Part shown: piece by piece, positions 1 through 13,030 of the stretch
How positions within the stretch are numbered: position 1 is the first letter of the stretch
How the letters are laid out: every line of letters starts with the position of its first letter
NCBI GenBank assembly: GCA_951406725.2
Contig: OX597818.1
Coordinates: forward strand, 41,478,001-41,542,000
Direction: 5' to 3'
Origin: Octopus vulgaris
Lineage: Eukaryota
Length of the DNA: 64,000 bases
Made by a program: the position numbers and the translations under genes
The notes under the pieces: generated by a model
Seen by the model: only the letters and a program-made list of their open reading frames with translations
Told to the model about the DNA's origin: nothing
The model's database searches: none

Positions 1-10
1 TATATATATG

Positions 11-86
<76 letters not shown>

Positions 87-297
87 CGTGTTTGTGTGTC
101 TGTGTTTGTCCCCCTAGCATTGCTTGACAACCGATGCTGGTGTGTTTACGTCCCCGTCACTTAGCGGTTCGGCAAAGAGACCGATAGAGTAAGTACTGGG
201 CTTACAAAGAATAAGTCCCGGGGTCGATTGCTCGACTAAAGGCGGTGCTCCAGCATGGCCGCAGTCAAATGACTAAAACAAGTAAAAGAGTAAAGAG
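1..297 (+). mobile_element. SINE family 1, 3' half (window starts in its internal TA tract)
   Basis: tgtttgtccccc..gcttgacaaccgatgctggtg...aagtaaaagagtaaagag matches the tails of 59678-60082 and 62328-62692. Confidence 0.8.
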
Positions 298-329
<32 letters not shown>

Positions 330-1045
330 ATATACTACTTATTAAATCGGTCTCTTTTGCTGAACCGCTAAGTTACGGGGACGTACACACACCGACATCG
401 GTTATCAAGCTATGGTGGGGGGACAAACACAGACACACACACACACACTGTATTCAAATGTTGATTTTTGTCAGATAAATGAAGAGGGATTCAATAAATG
501 TCAGAGAATATGGTTTATATGAATTGAATTCGTTTCTCCTTAAAAGCTTTCCAGTTATGACCACCATTTCATAGTGCTTTCAACTGTACGTCTCACGCTA
601 CATTATTCAATATCTAATAGATATAGGCGTAGGCGTGGCTGTGTGGTAAGAAGTTTGCTTACCAACCTCATGGCTTTGAGTTCAGTCCCACTGCAAACCA
701 CTTTGGGCAAGTGTTTTCTATTATAGCCCCAGGCCGACCAAATAGTGGATTTGGTAGACATAAATTGAAAGCGGTTTCAGTCATTGAACTGAGGCCTTCC
801 TGGAACACCATATTGAAAGCCTCAGTCGAACACATCAACGCAGTATTTTGCTCTATCGCTCTCACTCTCTCACTCTCTCTCTCTCTCTTTCTCTCTCACT
901 CTCCCCCCCTCTCTCTCGCCGTATCGCTGAGTTATGGGGACGTAAACAAATCAACACCGGGTTCCACTTGATGGGGGAACAACCAGAAAGACACACACAC
1001 ACACACACACACCCAAACATATATATATATATATATATATATATA

Positions 1046-1425
1046 CTAGTAGTATCGCCCGGCGTTGCTCGGGTTTGTAAGGGAAATAACTATATAAGCA
1101 TTTTTAGAGATGTAAAGTATAATAGCCATCTCAATATGGCTAACCACAAAGGGTGGGGTATTACTGTAGCTTTTTACGTTCTGAGATTTGATAATAAATT
1201 TTTAGAGAGTTACTTCCCTTATATATGCCAAAAATGCATTAAAAATGGGAAAAATTGATGGTAATTTTTTTTTAAATCGTAGACTCATCGTAGACGCGCG
1301 CTAATACCCAGAAGGGCTCGATATGAATCACGACTATAAGATACCCGGTTTTGGTTAAACTGCACCGCAAAATGTGGGAGTAGTTAGGAATCTAAATCGT
1401 AGGAGACAGACAGCACACAACCTCA

Positions 1426-1432
<7 letters not shown>
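1046..1432 (-). mobile_element. Non-autonomous Helitron
   Basis: The minus-strand 3' end has the hairpin CCCGAGC-AAC-GCCGGG, then CGATACTA-CTAG|T. The 5' end runs into a TA tract. An internal fragment recurs inverted at about 19428-19500. Confidence 0.65.
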
Positions 1433-1490
<58 letters not shown>

Positions 1491-1497
1491 GTATATA

Positions 1498-1728
1498 CAG
1501 GGTTGGCCAAAAGTCACCCGACAGTAAATCAAAATTCCATAAATACTGCCTGTATTTCTGTATTGACTCGAATGGGAAAATGTGTCGCTCAAAAGACTTC
1601 AGTTTGAAGAATTTTCATGGTGTTTCATGTTTAGATGCTTTTATTAAATCCATTCAGTTATTAAACATAAATAAATCATGCAATTAAATGGGTTTGATTT
1701 ACTGTCTGGTGGCTCTTGGCCAACCCTG
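1498..1728. mobile_element. Tc1/mariner-type MITE
   Basis: ~36-bp TIRs CAGGGTTGGCCAAAAGTCACCCGACAGTAAATCAAA / TTTGATTTACTGTCTGGTGGCTCTTGGCCAACCCTG, with TA on both sides. Confidence 0.85.
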
Positions 1729-3194
1729 TATATATATATATATATATAGCGGCGTACGTACACCCTTGCGCTTACCTTATAGTAGGTATGTATCTAAATT
1801 TTGTACGACTCTTACTTTATCTTTTATTCCCCCTCTCATTTTTCTTCCTTTCTCTCTCTCTCCTGCCTCTCTCACATTTCTTGGCTCTCTCTTTCTTTAA
1901 CTCCCACTATTTCCCACTCATTTATCTCCCCTGCACCTTTCCCTTTGTCTCTGATTTTTTTCTAATCCTCCAATCCCTACCCATCTCTCCTCCTTCTACG
2001 TGACCGGTGTCCTACCAGCCATGATCTTTTTTTCTTGGCCTGACTGCCGACCGTCAATACGTCTTGTGTCCATCTCCCATGTCCCTGCCTTTAGGCTTTT
2101 ACTTCATACACGCCAGCTCAATTTGATTCGTTCTCAGTCAAAAGATGCCTGTTGTTATTTCTTGTTGTTTGTATTCGTAATTGTGTACCATGTTCGCCGT
2201 TTTTTGTTTGTTTGTTTGTTTGTATTCGTCTTTGTTGCCGTACACATTCGCTAACTTTCTTACAAAGGGGTCTAATGGGGACAACCAATAGATCGAACCA
2301 TCTCATGTGTAACTGTCCGAAATGGTTGTGACTTCTGGTACTTGACTAATGTGGGACAGAACCCGAAACTATGTGATTGCAAAGCAAGATTCTTAACCAC
2401 ACGGCCATGCTTGCACCTATATACATTTGTTTTTACTCTTTAATTAGGCAAATTTCTAATACGACATAGAACTATGGGTGCATGCGTGAGTCTAAGTGCA
2501 TGTATGACTGTGTTGTTTCGAATTTCACTTTACAATTACGTTGTTTTGAGTTCAATCTCAATACGCTGCACATTGGGCAGCTTTCAGATGAATGAATTTT
2601 GATAGAAGGAAATTCCGTGAAACCTATTCGGAATGGCTGTTTCTGTACTTGGGATGTTAGACTTACTCTTTCCGTCCAGTTTAACCCCAACCGCCTGATC
2701 CTTGGGTACTTTTAACAGAGTCTATTATGTTACAAATATTTGGCCCAGATCTCCGTTTTAAATTGACTTCCAAACTTCCTCTCGCTAATAACGGAAACTT
2801 TGGAAGGGATCATAGGGGCTACTCTTTTTCTCTGAGTAAACCACGTTAAAAAAGAATCCAAAACCGATTATCGCCCCTTTTACAATTGCATTCCTAATTG
2901 TAAATTGTCTCTAATTTCTAAGGATGGATTTTCGCTGCAGTTTTCGATTCTCAGTTGTCTTTTATCTCTTTCAGTCATTGGACTGCGGCCATTCTGAGGC
3001 ATGTCCTTAAAAAGTTTAATCAAACAAATCAACCTCAGTAATTTTTTTTTTTTTTTTGAAGTCTAGTTCTTATTCTATCATCCCCCATTACCGAACCGCT
3101 AAATTGCGGGACACGTATACAAAAAATACTAATTATGACATTGTTGAACGTGGTGAGGAGAGTAAAGCAACGCGCGCACACACACACAAGTATA

Positions 3195-3583
3195 GGCGCA
3201 GGCGTGGCTGTGGGATAAGAAACATGCTTCTCAACCACATGATTCCGGGTTCAGTCCTACTACGGAGCACCATGAGCTCGCGTCTTCTACTATAGCCTCG
3301 AGTCTACAAAAGCCTTGTAAGTGGAATTGGTAGACGGAAACTGAAAGAAGCCCGTCATGTGTGTGTGTGTGTGTGTGTTTGTTTGTCCCTCACCACTGAT
3401 GAGAAGCCGGTGTTGGTGTGTTTACATCCCCGTAACTTGGTGATTCGGGGAAAAGATATCGCTAGAATAAGCACCAGATTTAGCAAAAAAATAAGTAGTG
3501 GAATCGAATCATTCGACTAAAAAACTCTTAAATGCGATGCCCCAGCATGGCCGTAGTCTAATGACTGAAAAAAGATATAAGAT
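3195..3583 (+). mobile_element. SINE family 1 copy, diverged
   Basis: Head GGCGCAGGCGTGGCTG, gacggaaactgaaagaagcccgtc and the 3' cagcatggcc..gtc motif are present. Confidence 0.75.
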
Positions 3584-3924
3584 ATTTCTCTCCCCTTGGT
3601 GTCTCAACTTGATTTTGAAACAGTTAACTTCAACGACATTTTCATCCTAAAATAGTAGAGAGAAATCGGAAAACTTAAACCGAATAAATTGTTGTAGGGA
3701 ATTAGTAATAATGATACACCCCCTCCCATGTAACCAGTGGAATGAATGAATCACTATAAGTAAGGTGATGTCGGCCTGTATCGGGAGAGTAGGTGTTAGA
3801 CTGTGTTGAGAGTCGTATCTGGACTGATCTAGTAATTATACTACGATACCAAGTGGGCGTTAGAACGATCCAATCCTTTGAAGATAATAACACTGTACGA
3901 ATGGGGGTCATGCAGTGCCAGATA

Positions 3925-4149
3925 TATTTCTTTACTACCCACAAGGGGCTAAACATAGAGAGGACAAACAAGGACGGACAAAGGAATTAAGTCAATTGCA
4001 TCGTCCCCAGTGCGTAACTGGTACTTAATTTATCGACCCCGAAAGGATGAAAGGTAAAGTCGACCTCGGCGGAATTTGAACTCAGAACGTAACGGCTGAC
4101 GAAATACGGCTACGCATTTCGCCCGGCGTGCTAACGTTCCTGCCAGCTC
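3925..4149 (-). mobile_element. tRNA-derived SINE family 2 monomer with TSD
   Basis: Minus-strand A-box-like TGGCAGGAACGTTAG and B-box GAGTTCAAATTCC. 9-bp direct repeats TGCCAGATA at 3916-3924 and 4150-4158. Confidence 0.85.
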
Positions 4150-4338
4150 TGCCAGATAGAAATATGTCATCTACGACTTCGGATTTATAACAATATCTGT
4201 CGTACAAAGATAGATACAACAGTGGCAAAAAAACGCTTTATAATATAAATAAATTTATATTGAAACTTTAATTAGAAATTATTTCACTTTTGTCATATTT
4301 CATTTTTCTTGTTTTTTTCTTTTATTTTTTTTTCACAG

Positions 4339-4439
4339 TTTGTCGTTAGTGAGGATGGTGTTTGTGGATTAAACTACGAGCACTCACCTTCTGAAGGAAT
4401 TGCTGTTGTGCAGTTAGTGGAGCATACACTAAAGTATAT
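4339..4439 (+). CDS. ChAT: Choline O-acetyltransferase, internal exon with catalytic His (first exon in the window; upstream exons not found in the window)
   Basis: Acceptor tttttcacAG and donor GTAAGT. Translates FVVSEDGVCGLNYEHSPSEGIAVVQLVEHTLKY+AT. The EHSxxxG active-site motif of choline/carnitine acyltransferases has His at 4381-4383. 101 nt, ends in phase 2. Confidence 0.93.
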
Positions 4440-4522
4440 GTAAGTATCACTTCTTTTATCAATTTTGTGTATCAATATATAAGCATACCTTGAATAACGA
4501 GTCATTGGTATATAAACACATT

Positions 4523-4824
4523 TTTTTTATATTTATGCGCCCTTTTCAAGCCTATCCAGGCTCATGGGCCCGGTTTCCCGGTTTCTGTGGCGTATGTGTT
4601 CCCCCCAACTGGACGGGACGCCAGTCCATCGCAGCGTTACTCAAGAAACAGAAAGAAAGAGTGAGAGAAAGTAGAGGCGAAAGAGTACACCACCCCCTGC
4701 CGGGGCCTCGTGGAGCTTTAGGTGTTTTCGCTCAATAAACGCACACAACGCCCGGTCTGGGGATCGAAACCGCAATCCTCTGACCGCGAGTCCGCTGCCC
4801 TAACCATTGGGCCATTGCGCCTCC
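4523..4824 (-). mobile_element. SINE family 3 copy
   Basis: Minus-strand head GGAGGCGCAATGGCCCAATGGTTAGGGC. TSD TATAAAYACATT at 4511-4522 and 4825-4836. Confidence 0.8.
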
Positions 4825-6666
4825 TATAAATACATTAGCTGACAGATAACTAAAAATCCAAGAAATATTTGATACTGTATTGTGTCCATGATCATGTGGT
4901 TTAATACATATGATTTACTCACGCTAGGTACCATGAGGTACCATGAGTAGGTAATATTTTTCGTTTTAATCAACAAGTGTATTGATCAAACTGACGAGCA
5001 TTAATTAGATAGCAATGAAATGTTCAGCTCAAATCTAATCTTCGTTACAACAGAAATATGGACTCCACCATGTTGAATTACTCTAGATACGCTGGATCAT
5101 GTCAATGTCTAATTGTGTGTCAAAGATACAGTAGGTTCTAGAATTGACCATATTATAGGCCTCACGAATGCCAAGCTAGATTTGCTTCTTATTACTTTGA
5201 TACCAAGGTCCATCCATACATTATTGTTAAGCGAAACGTTTGTTATGTTTCGTAAATGTTCATGCGATACCTCGAGCTATTCACTTGTCATTGATACGGA
5301 CGGCCCTCCCATGGATGATTTTCAAACTGGTGTAGTTCTGCCTGTGTCAGATACACAAAGAGACTATAGAAACTGGGATCAAAAATGGGAAGTGTTGAGT
5401 GATGGTTGCGTGCAAATGTCGGAATGAGCGCAGGAAAACATCCGTTGTGAACTTTAGCTGAAACGAAATAAAAGGCTGCGTTACGTCAAACTTTTGCCTC
5501 GAGCCATATCTAGACAAGCTGAACACATTCAGCCCTGCCACTTTCATATGCTGATTCTGCTGTCTAGCTTTCTTGCATTCGCTTTCAAATTAATATAGTT
5601 GTCTTTGAATGTCTCTCTTTATCTCACTGAGTTATTTTCTTTAGTTTCTTCTCTTTATTTTCTCTTTCCCTTCTGTTTTCTCTTTCTTCTAAATGATTGA
5701 CTGTGTACTTGTCATTAAGTGTTGTCGTACATTCTTATATCTCATGTAATATTCCATCTTTAAACGATACTATTTCAAGCATTTCTTTCTCTTCTTTCAC
5801 TTATCTTCCTCTTCTCGTTTTTCTCTTATTCTATCTTTCTTTTATCTCTGGGACATTTTCTAACACTGTACACATGTCTACGCGTGTGAGTGTGTTCAAC
5901 TTCCTATTACAAATCTAAACAGCATATGTCTGTGATACTTCACATTCGGTAAATAAATCTAAAATTAAGATTGTGCGATCGAAATTGGCCGTCAGCGAAA
6001 TAATTTCGGACTTTTTTTTGTTTGCTTTCTTTATGTATGTATAGTTGTTGTTTTTTTTTTCTTTCTACATTCAGGTCTGTTTGTAAGTTCTCAGAGGTCA
6101 TAAGGTCACTCGAACTGCTAAAACATTCTTGGCAGCTTGACAAAACAAAACAAAATATTCTTTAAAAAACGTATATTAAAACAATATCGTACGTTATTTT
6201 TCTGCCGTTTTCATAAATACGATCTCATACTCGATTTATGTGACGTATGATGTCTTAAAGCAGGTCAACTCTTATCAGACATAAACGCTTTCCAACCGTG
6301 CCTATCTCGTCTTTATATCAAAGACTACAATGTTCCTTTTTAAATGGTGTTATGATATTCTAAGAAAATTTGGTAGCAATTTTTAGCGAGGAGAACGACT
6401 ACACAGAGAAGTCTTCGTTGGAGCGTATGGGAGAGCGTTGGGCCCGTAAGACCTTCGGTTCACAGAAATTATACGAAGTTTTCGCTATTTTCCCAAAGAG
6501 GGCCACATGGAATGTGATATGGTTCCAGCTGAATATGGAAAGCAGGTTGCGGATAACCTGTTAGCTACATTCATAGTGCTCGTCATAGATATATAAATTA
6601 ATATTCATTTTTCCCGACAGGGGAGTATAAGTTACGGCATTTATACCTTTTCTAAAGGCAACTATG

Positions 6667-6945
6667 TGTAGATGCGTGGCTTAGTGGTTAGTGTAGTTAG
6701 CTCACAGACGTGAGTTCGATTCTCGGCGGCGTATTGTGCCTTTGAGCAAGACACTTTATTTCACATTGCTCAACTGACAAAAATGAGTAGTACTTGTATT
6801 TCAAGGGGCCAGCCTTGTCACATTCTGTCATGAGAACTACGTTAAGGGTATGTATCTGCGGAGTGTTCAGCACGTTAATTTCACGAGTGGACAGCTCCGT
6901 TGATCGGATTAACTAGAACACTCGTCATAACCAAAGGAGTGCCAG
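6667..6945 (+). mobile_element. SINE family 4 copy with TSD
   Basis: Colinear with 59294-59614. Direct repeats TAAAGGCAACTRTG at 6653-6666 and 6946-6959. Confidence 0.8.
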
Positions 6946-7390
6946 TAAAGGCAACTGTGAAAAATATGCCACTTGAATAGGATACTATTCCATCACAGAT
7001 AGCTTTTCCTATAGGTTAAAAGTTATGGAGAGAAACGTTAAGTGTTTGGTATTGCTTAGTATTATAATAAACTATACACTGCATAATCCATTTACATCTG
7101 GGTGGCCTTGGACATTTGAGAGTAAGGTCGAGGAGAGAACACAAAGCAGGAAACAAAATACGAACCACGAGCCATTTGGTTTGTTGTCCAATGTCCAATC
7201 CACTCAATCACCCGACTCGCACATAAACCTGATATAACCATACAATAATGATTATGTATATATATATATATATATATCACGTGATCACGTGACTGACCAG
7301 ACCATCAGATGCTGTTACACATTGCTGGTCACAATGCGTTCGCATTGTTTTAGCCTTCGAATGACGCCACCCCGCTGGCTAAGCGAGCAG

Positions 7391-7440
<50 letters not shown>

Positions 7441-8465
7441 CATTATTGTATGGTTATATTAAATTCTTTACGCATTTAACTCGTTTGTTTACTTATTTTA
7501 TCTTGCGGCCCGCTTGATGCTTTCTTGAAATGGGTTTATTTAAACAAACATTTTTAAAATTTTATCAAAAATTAAAGATTGTAATGAAAAGTTAAAAAGA
7601 AAGATACTAATGTTTTAGCAACGATAATATTTCGTGTTGAATCAACGATCATTCATTCATTATTGTAATAATAGCATGAGAAAGCAAAATGCTTTCAATT
7701 CTGTCAGTATACAAACGGCTCTCAAAAACCTTTCTGTACTTAAAGTGGCCCGCAATGTCATTTGAGTTGACCAGGCCTGGAATAAACCCTTCATGGCTGT
7801 GCCCCTGCATGACCACAATCCAATAACGGACACAAATAAAAGATAAAAGTTAAGTTTTTTATAAAATGGAATTGCAGTTATGAGGTTATCTTTTTCTTTT
7901 CTTTTCAAAAATCCATTGTGTATCACATAAAAGCCCGCAGTGCATCACTATTGACATGCATGTCATAGGTTTAGCCTCACTGTTACAGCCAACACAACCT
8001 TGGAATACCTATATAATATTGTTATAGTTTAAATAATCTTGATCACAGGACTGGAAGCTAACTAATCACTTGTTGATTTTCGTTGATGCTTTATTCCAAA
8101 TCTTACCTCATTAACCAAAGACATTCACATCGTTGTCTTTAGGCATCTGTGTTTAAGACAAAGTATACAGCGTAAGGTATACTATTCAGTGTGTCCTTCC
8201 TTTAAGAAAGGCCGTACGGTGTGATTTGAGAGTAACTAAAAGTCTAGCAATTGTGCAGAGTTTCTCTCAGCTGCTATTATAACCACAAGACTTATTTTCC
8301 TTTCATTTATATCTGCTGGTCTCTTGTTAAAAAGAATTCTGTAAATTTGAAAATGTCTGAACGATGAATATGAGATGTTTACGCAACAAGTCACCTTATG
8401 ACTGAAATATGAATAAATATCCCTTTCTCTTAGATATTGATAATTTTCTTGAGTCAAATCAATAC

Positions 8466-8539
<74 letters not shown>

Positions 8540-9613
8540 CGGCATCAAAAGAAAATAGGTTACGTGATCAAATACCACTGTTTTTCATTGATTTTTCAAA
8601 TTCTATTGACTTATTTTACTACACTCCGAAGTAAAATAGATTTTGACTTCAGTTACAAGATCACTCATTTGGAGGAGAGAAGCAATCGGTTGAATCGACT
8701 CCGTGATATTACTGGTATTTATTTTATCGATGTCAGAGATGGAAAAAGCAGAGTTGAAGCCACCAGAATTTTAATTCAGGATGTGGAGAAATGAGGAAAC
8801 TAAATGCCAAGTTACTTTTATTCCATTCCTTACACCTTTCCTAGCAGAAGCCTCTAGATGGTCATTTGACCTACAAGAAATTGTAACGAAATATCCCTTA
8901 AATCACATCCTATCGTCTTATGAATTGGTATGTCGTTCTAGGTTGCCTGTACATAGGAACAAGATGGGATGGTCATGGCTAGGATGCCTTTGACCATAGA
9001 CTTCATTGATCGAACCTGATCTAGAACTAAGCAACAACAACACTCTCTAAATTTGCTTATGCTATCAATCCCGAAATTTTAAAAGCAAAAAAGGGCAACG
9101 ATGACGTATTTTGCCTCCCGACTATCCTTTTTTTTCACATTTAATGATTATAATAATGATATCTAATGGAGGCACAGATTACACATTCTGGAAGCTTCGT
9201 ATAGTTTACCAGAAGGCTGTAAAGCAAAAAAAAAAAAGAGAAAAATTTTATGCGAGATTTCATCTTATATAAAAAGAAGGTTAACTAAATTTTCAAGAAC
9301 ATTTTGCATGGAGCTTTGTTAATCCAATTGGTTGTAAGCCATGAACCACAAACTGTAAATTCAGATCTGGTTCAATGATTAGGACTATCGTATACTAATA
9401 TTTACTGCAGTTAAGGCGGCGAGCTAGCATAATCGTTAGCACGCTGGGCAAAATTCTTGGCCGCATTTCGTCCGTCTCTGTGTTCTGAGTTCAAATTCCG
9501 CCGAGGTCGACTTTGCCTTTCAATCTTTCGGTGTTGCTAAAATAAGTAGCAGTTCAGTGCTGGGATCGTCTTTCCCCTCTCCTCAAATTGATGGCCTTGT
9601 GCCAATATTTATA

Positions 9614-9691
<78 letters not shown>

Positions 9692-9720
9692 AAATAAGCA
9701 ACAAGGATATCCAGAGGTAA

Positions 9721-9807
9721 TGCAGTACGATCGTTTCATGCGACTCCATTTAATTGAACAATGCAATCATTACATCAATTTAAAATGTAGAGCAATCTTC
9801 AGCTGCA
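9721..9807 (-). ncRNA. Type I hammerhead ribozyme motif, canonical core
   Basis: Minus strand: TGCAG-CTGAAGA-[long imperfect stem II]-GAAAC-GATC-GTA-CTGCA. Stem I is 5 bp, loop III is palindromic and the cleavage triplet is GUA. It lies in a ~220 bp insert between (TA)n tracts. Confidence 0.8.
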
Positions 9808-9928
9808 CAAAAACATAGAATTTAATTAAAACTGAAGGACACATTAGTATAATTGGATCCAAAATCTCCAAGAGGATAAGGAGATAGACAAAGGACATAT
9901 TTTACCAACAACATCACACACACACACA

Positions 9929-9989
<61 letters not shown>

Positions 9990-10283
9990 GACGGTGCTTG
10001 GCTTAGTGGTAAGGGTATTGCACTCACAATTGTGATATCGTGGTTTCTATTCCCAGATCGGGCGTTACGTTGTGTTCTTGAACAAATGACTTATTTTCAC
10101 TCTGCAATCATTTCGTCCTCTAAAATGTGGCGCGTCGTGCACCTGTACAGGTAATGTCGATTTGATGGAGGGAGTGAGATTATGTGAACACAAACATTTG
10201 ATCTCAATAAACAAATTACATGCGTGGTTGTTCAGCAAGAAATTGCAGAACCCTCTTGGGTTGTTTAACGACGGGAGAGCCCA

Positions 10284-10350
<67 letters not shown>

Positions 10351-10353
<3 letters not shown>

Positions 10354-10650
10354 CTCTCTTATACACACTCACGCGTACCTTCGTTTTGGGATCACCACCA
10401 CTTTGATATCTCCCCTTCTCCCTAGCTCTCCTGTGTGACCCTTCTGTCCGGCGTTCACTATGATAGATCGCTAGCCACAACACATTCTTTATTTTCTCTC
10501 CTTGTTGCTTTCTGTGTCCCTTTCTGTGGAAGAGCGTAGGCTCGAAACGTTGAAGACTTTTTCACTTCCCGACCGTTATACTAATACATCTGTTTGTTGC
10601 CTACACCCCCTGTCTTCGTCTTTTGTTGTTGTTTTTTTGTGAATTCCCCC
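10351..10650 (+). mobile_element. Penelope-like terminal-repeat remnant (family A) with a minimal hammerhead-like motif at 10520-10555
   Basis: CTTT-CTGTGGA-A-GAGC GTAG GCTC-GAAAC-GTT-GAAG. Homologous to 12693-12916(-), 24070-24200(+) and 36739-37200(-). Begins in (TA)n. The Penelope assignment is inferred from the hammerhead architecture; no RT was seen. Confidence 0.6.
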
Positions 10651-10826
10651 CCCACACACACACACACACACAATATTCTGTACTATATTCTATAATCTTT
10701 TAACACCTGGTTTGGAGTTCTTTTATTTCATCCTCTGCTTGTATCAAATTCTTTGAAACGTCAATGCTTATCTCCTATTTGCTAATTTAAACGAGTAACT
10801 CTACAACTTTGTTTTAATCTCTACAG

Positions 10827-10958
10827 GGAAGAGCTTCGAGCCATGAGACTACATCGCATGCAGTCCATTTGTGACCTGCCTTATCCACGAAAACTGAAAT
10901 GGAAACTAACCGAAGTTTTAAACAAGGATATTGCAGATGCCAGTAAAGCCATTGATAA
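10827..10958 (+). CDS. ChAT: ChAT internal exon
   Basis: ctctacAG / GTAAGT. The first G completes the ATG split from the previous exon. Reads (M)EELRAMRLHRMQSICDLPYPRKLKWKLTEVLNKDIADASKAID+AA, with the family-typical LPxPRKLKW. 132 nt, phase 2 to 2. Confidence 0.9.
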
Positions 10959-10975
10959 GTAAGTAACATCTATGT

Positions 10976-11282
10976 TTGTTGTTTGTTCCTTCTCGAGCCA
11001 TGCCTGGCTCATAAGGGCCGGTTTCCCGGTTTCTTGGCGTATAGGTTCTCCACCTGGACGGGACGCCGGTCCGTCGCAGGTGAGCTGCAAGATGCAGGAG
11101 GAAAGAGTGAGAGAAAGTTGTGGCGAAAGAGTCAGCAGAAGTTTCGCCATTACCTTCTGCCGGAGCCGCATAGAGCTTAGGTGTTTCGCTCATAAACACA
11201 CACATCGCCCGGTCTGAGACTCGAACCCGCGATCCCTCGACCGTGAGTCCGCTGCTCTAACCACTAGGCCATGTGCCTCCAC
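10976..11282 (-). mobile_element. tRNA-derived SINE family 3 with 11-bp TSD
   Basis: Minus-strand head GTGGAGGCACATGGCCTAGTGGTTAGAGC...GGGTTCGAGTC. TSD AACATCTATGT at 10965-10975 and 11283-11293. Homologs at 13337-13623 and 4523-4824. Confidence 0.85.
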
Positions 11283-11537
11283 AACATCTATGTATACAAT
11301 ACCGTACACTATAAAACGGGTTGATTTTTTTTTTTTTCACAAAAGAAAGAGCTTTTGCAAATTTTTTACAGCTAGTGTAAAGAAATTAAAAGGTGTGATA
11401 CAGCTGTCTAAAGAAATATGAAAAACTGTATAAATTGAAGTAAAAACCTGGAGTCTGGCTATTTAGAGCGGTGATTATTAATACACTTACTGGAAAATCT
11501 TTGTTGAGACATACATAGTAATATATTTCACATATAT

Positions 11538-12018
11538 TGGATGGATGGATGGATGGATGGATGGACGGACGGATGGATGGATGGATGGATGGATGGATGG
11601 ATGGACGGACGGACGGATGGATGGATGGATGGATGGATGGATGGATGGATGGACGGACGGATGGATGGATGGATGGATGGATGGATGGATGGATGGACGG
11701 ACGGACGGATGGATGGATGGATGGATGGATGGATGGATGGATGGATGGATGGACGGACGGACGGACGGACGGATGGATGGATGGACGGATGGATGGATGG
11801 ACGGATGGACGGACGGATGGATGGATGGATGGATGGACGGACGGACTGACGGATGGACGGACGGATGGACGGACGGATGGATGGATGGATGGATGGATGG
11901 GTGGATGGATGGATGGATGGACGGACGGATGGATGGATGGATGGATGGATGGATGGATTGATAGATGGATGGATGGATGGATGGATGGATGGACGGACGG
12001 ACGGATGGATGGATGGAT
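11538..12018. repeat. ~480-bp compound (GGAT)/(GGAC) tetranucleotide array
   Basis: Continuous TGGA/CGGA repeats; the source of the PSIH/MDGW pseudo-ORFs. Confidence 0.97.
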
Positions 12019-12418
12019 ATGCATCTTCCTCTCGAGACAGATAGAGGAATACACAATAGGTATCAAGATCGAAACAGAGAAGAACTGATAAGCCATATAC
12101 TATTACTGTTTGTCTCCAGGTCGGCCCTGACTAATCAAAGGACCCAAGCCACATCTATCCCATCTTTTATTCAGGCACAGTATGTCTAGGAGTAGGGTGT
12201 AAATTGACTGCCAGCTATTTAGAGCAACTCTTCATTAGTTTGCAATAATCAGTCTACAATAGATATTTTTCTTCATTAATTTTGAGGATGGACGATATTA
12301 AAATTGTTATTTTGATTATTTTGCTGAGAAATTGCAACGTAAGTAAAGTGAAGTAGCTAAAAGTGGAAGAATTAAATTTGCTGAACCAAAATATTCTCAG
12401 CTTTCCCGCTCCGCTCTA

Positions 12419-12518
<100 letters not shown>

Positions 12519-12527
12519 CTCTCTTTT

Positions 12528-12558
<31 letters not shown>

Positions 12559-12562
12559 CTAC

Positions 12563-12916
<354 letters not shown>

Positions 12917-12922
12917 CTCTAC

Positions 12923-13030
<108 letters not shown>

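Noticed and set aside
4988-5028. CTGACGA...GAAATGTTC hammerhead-like spacing on the + strand
   Set aside because: No stem I pairing and no convincing stem II.
11386-12096. Long ORFs (236, 189 and 183 aa; PSIH/MDGW repeats)
   Set aside because: Stop-free translation of a (GGAT/GGAC)n array that is open in several frames on both strands.
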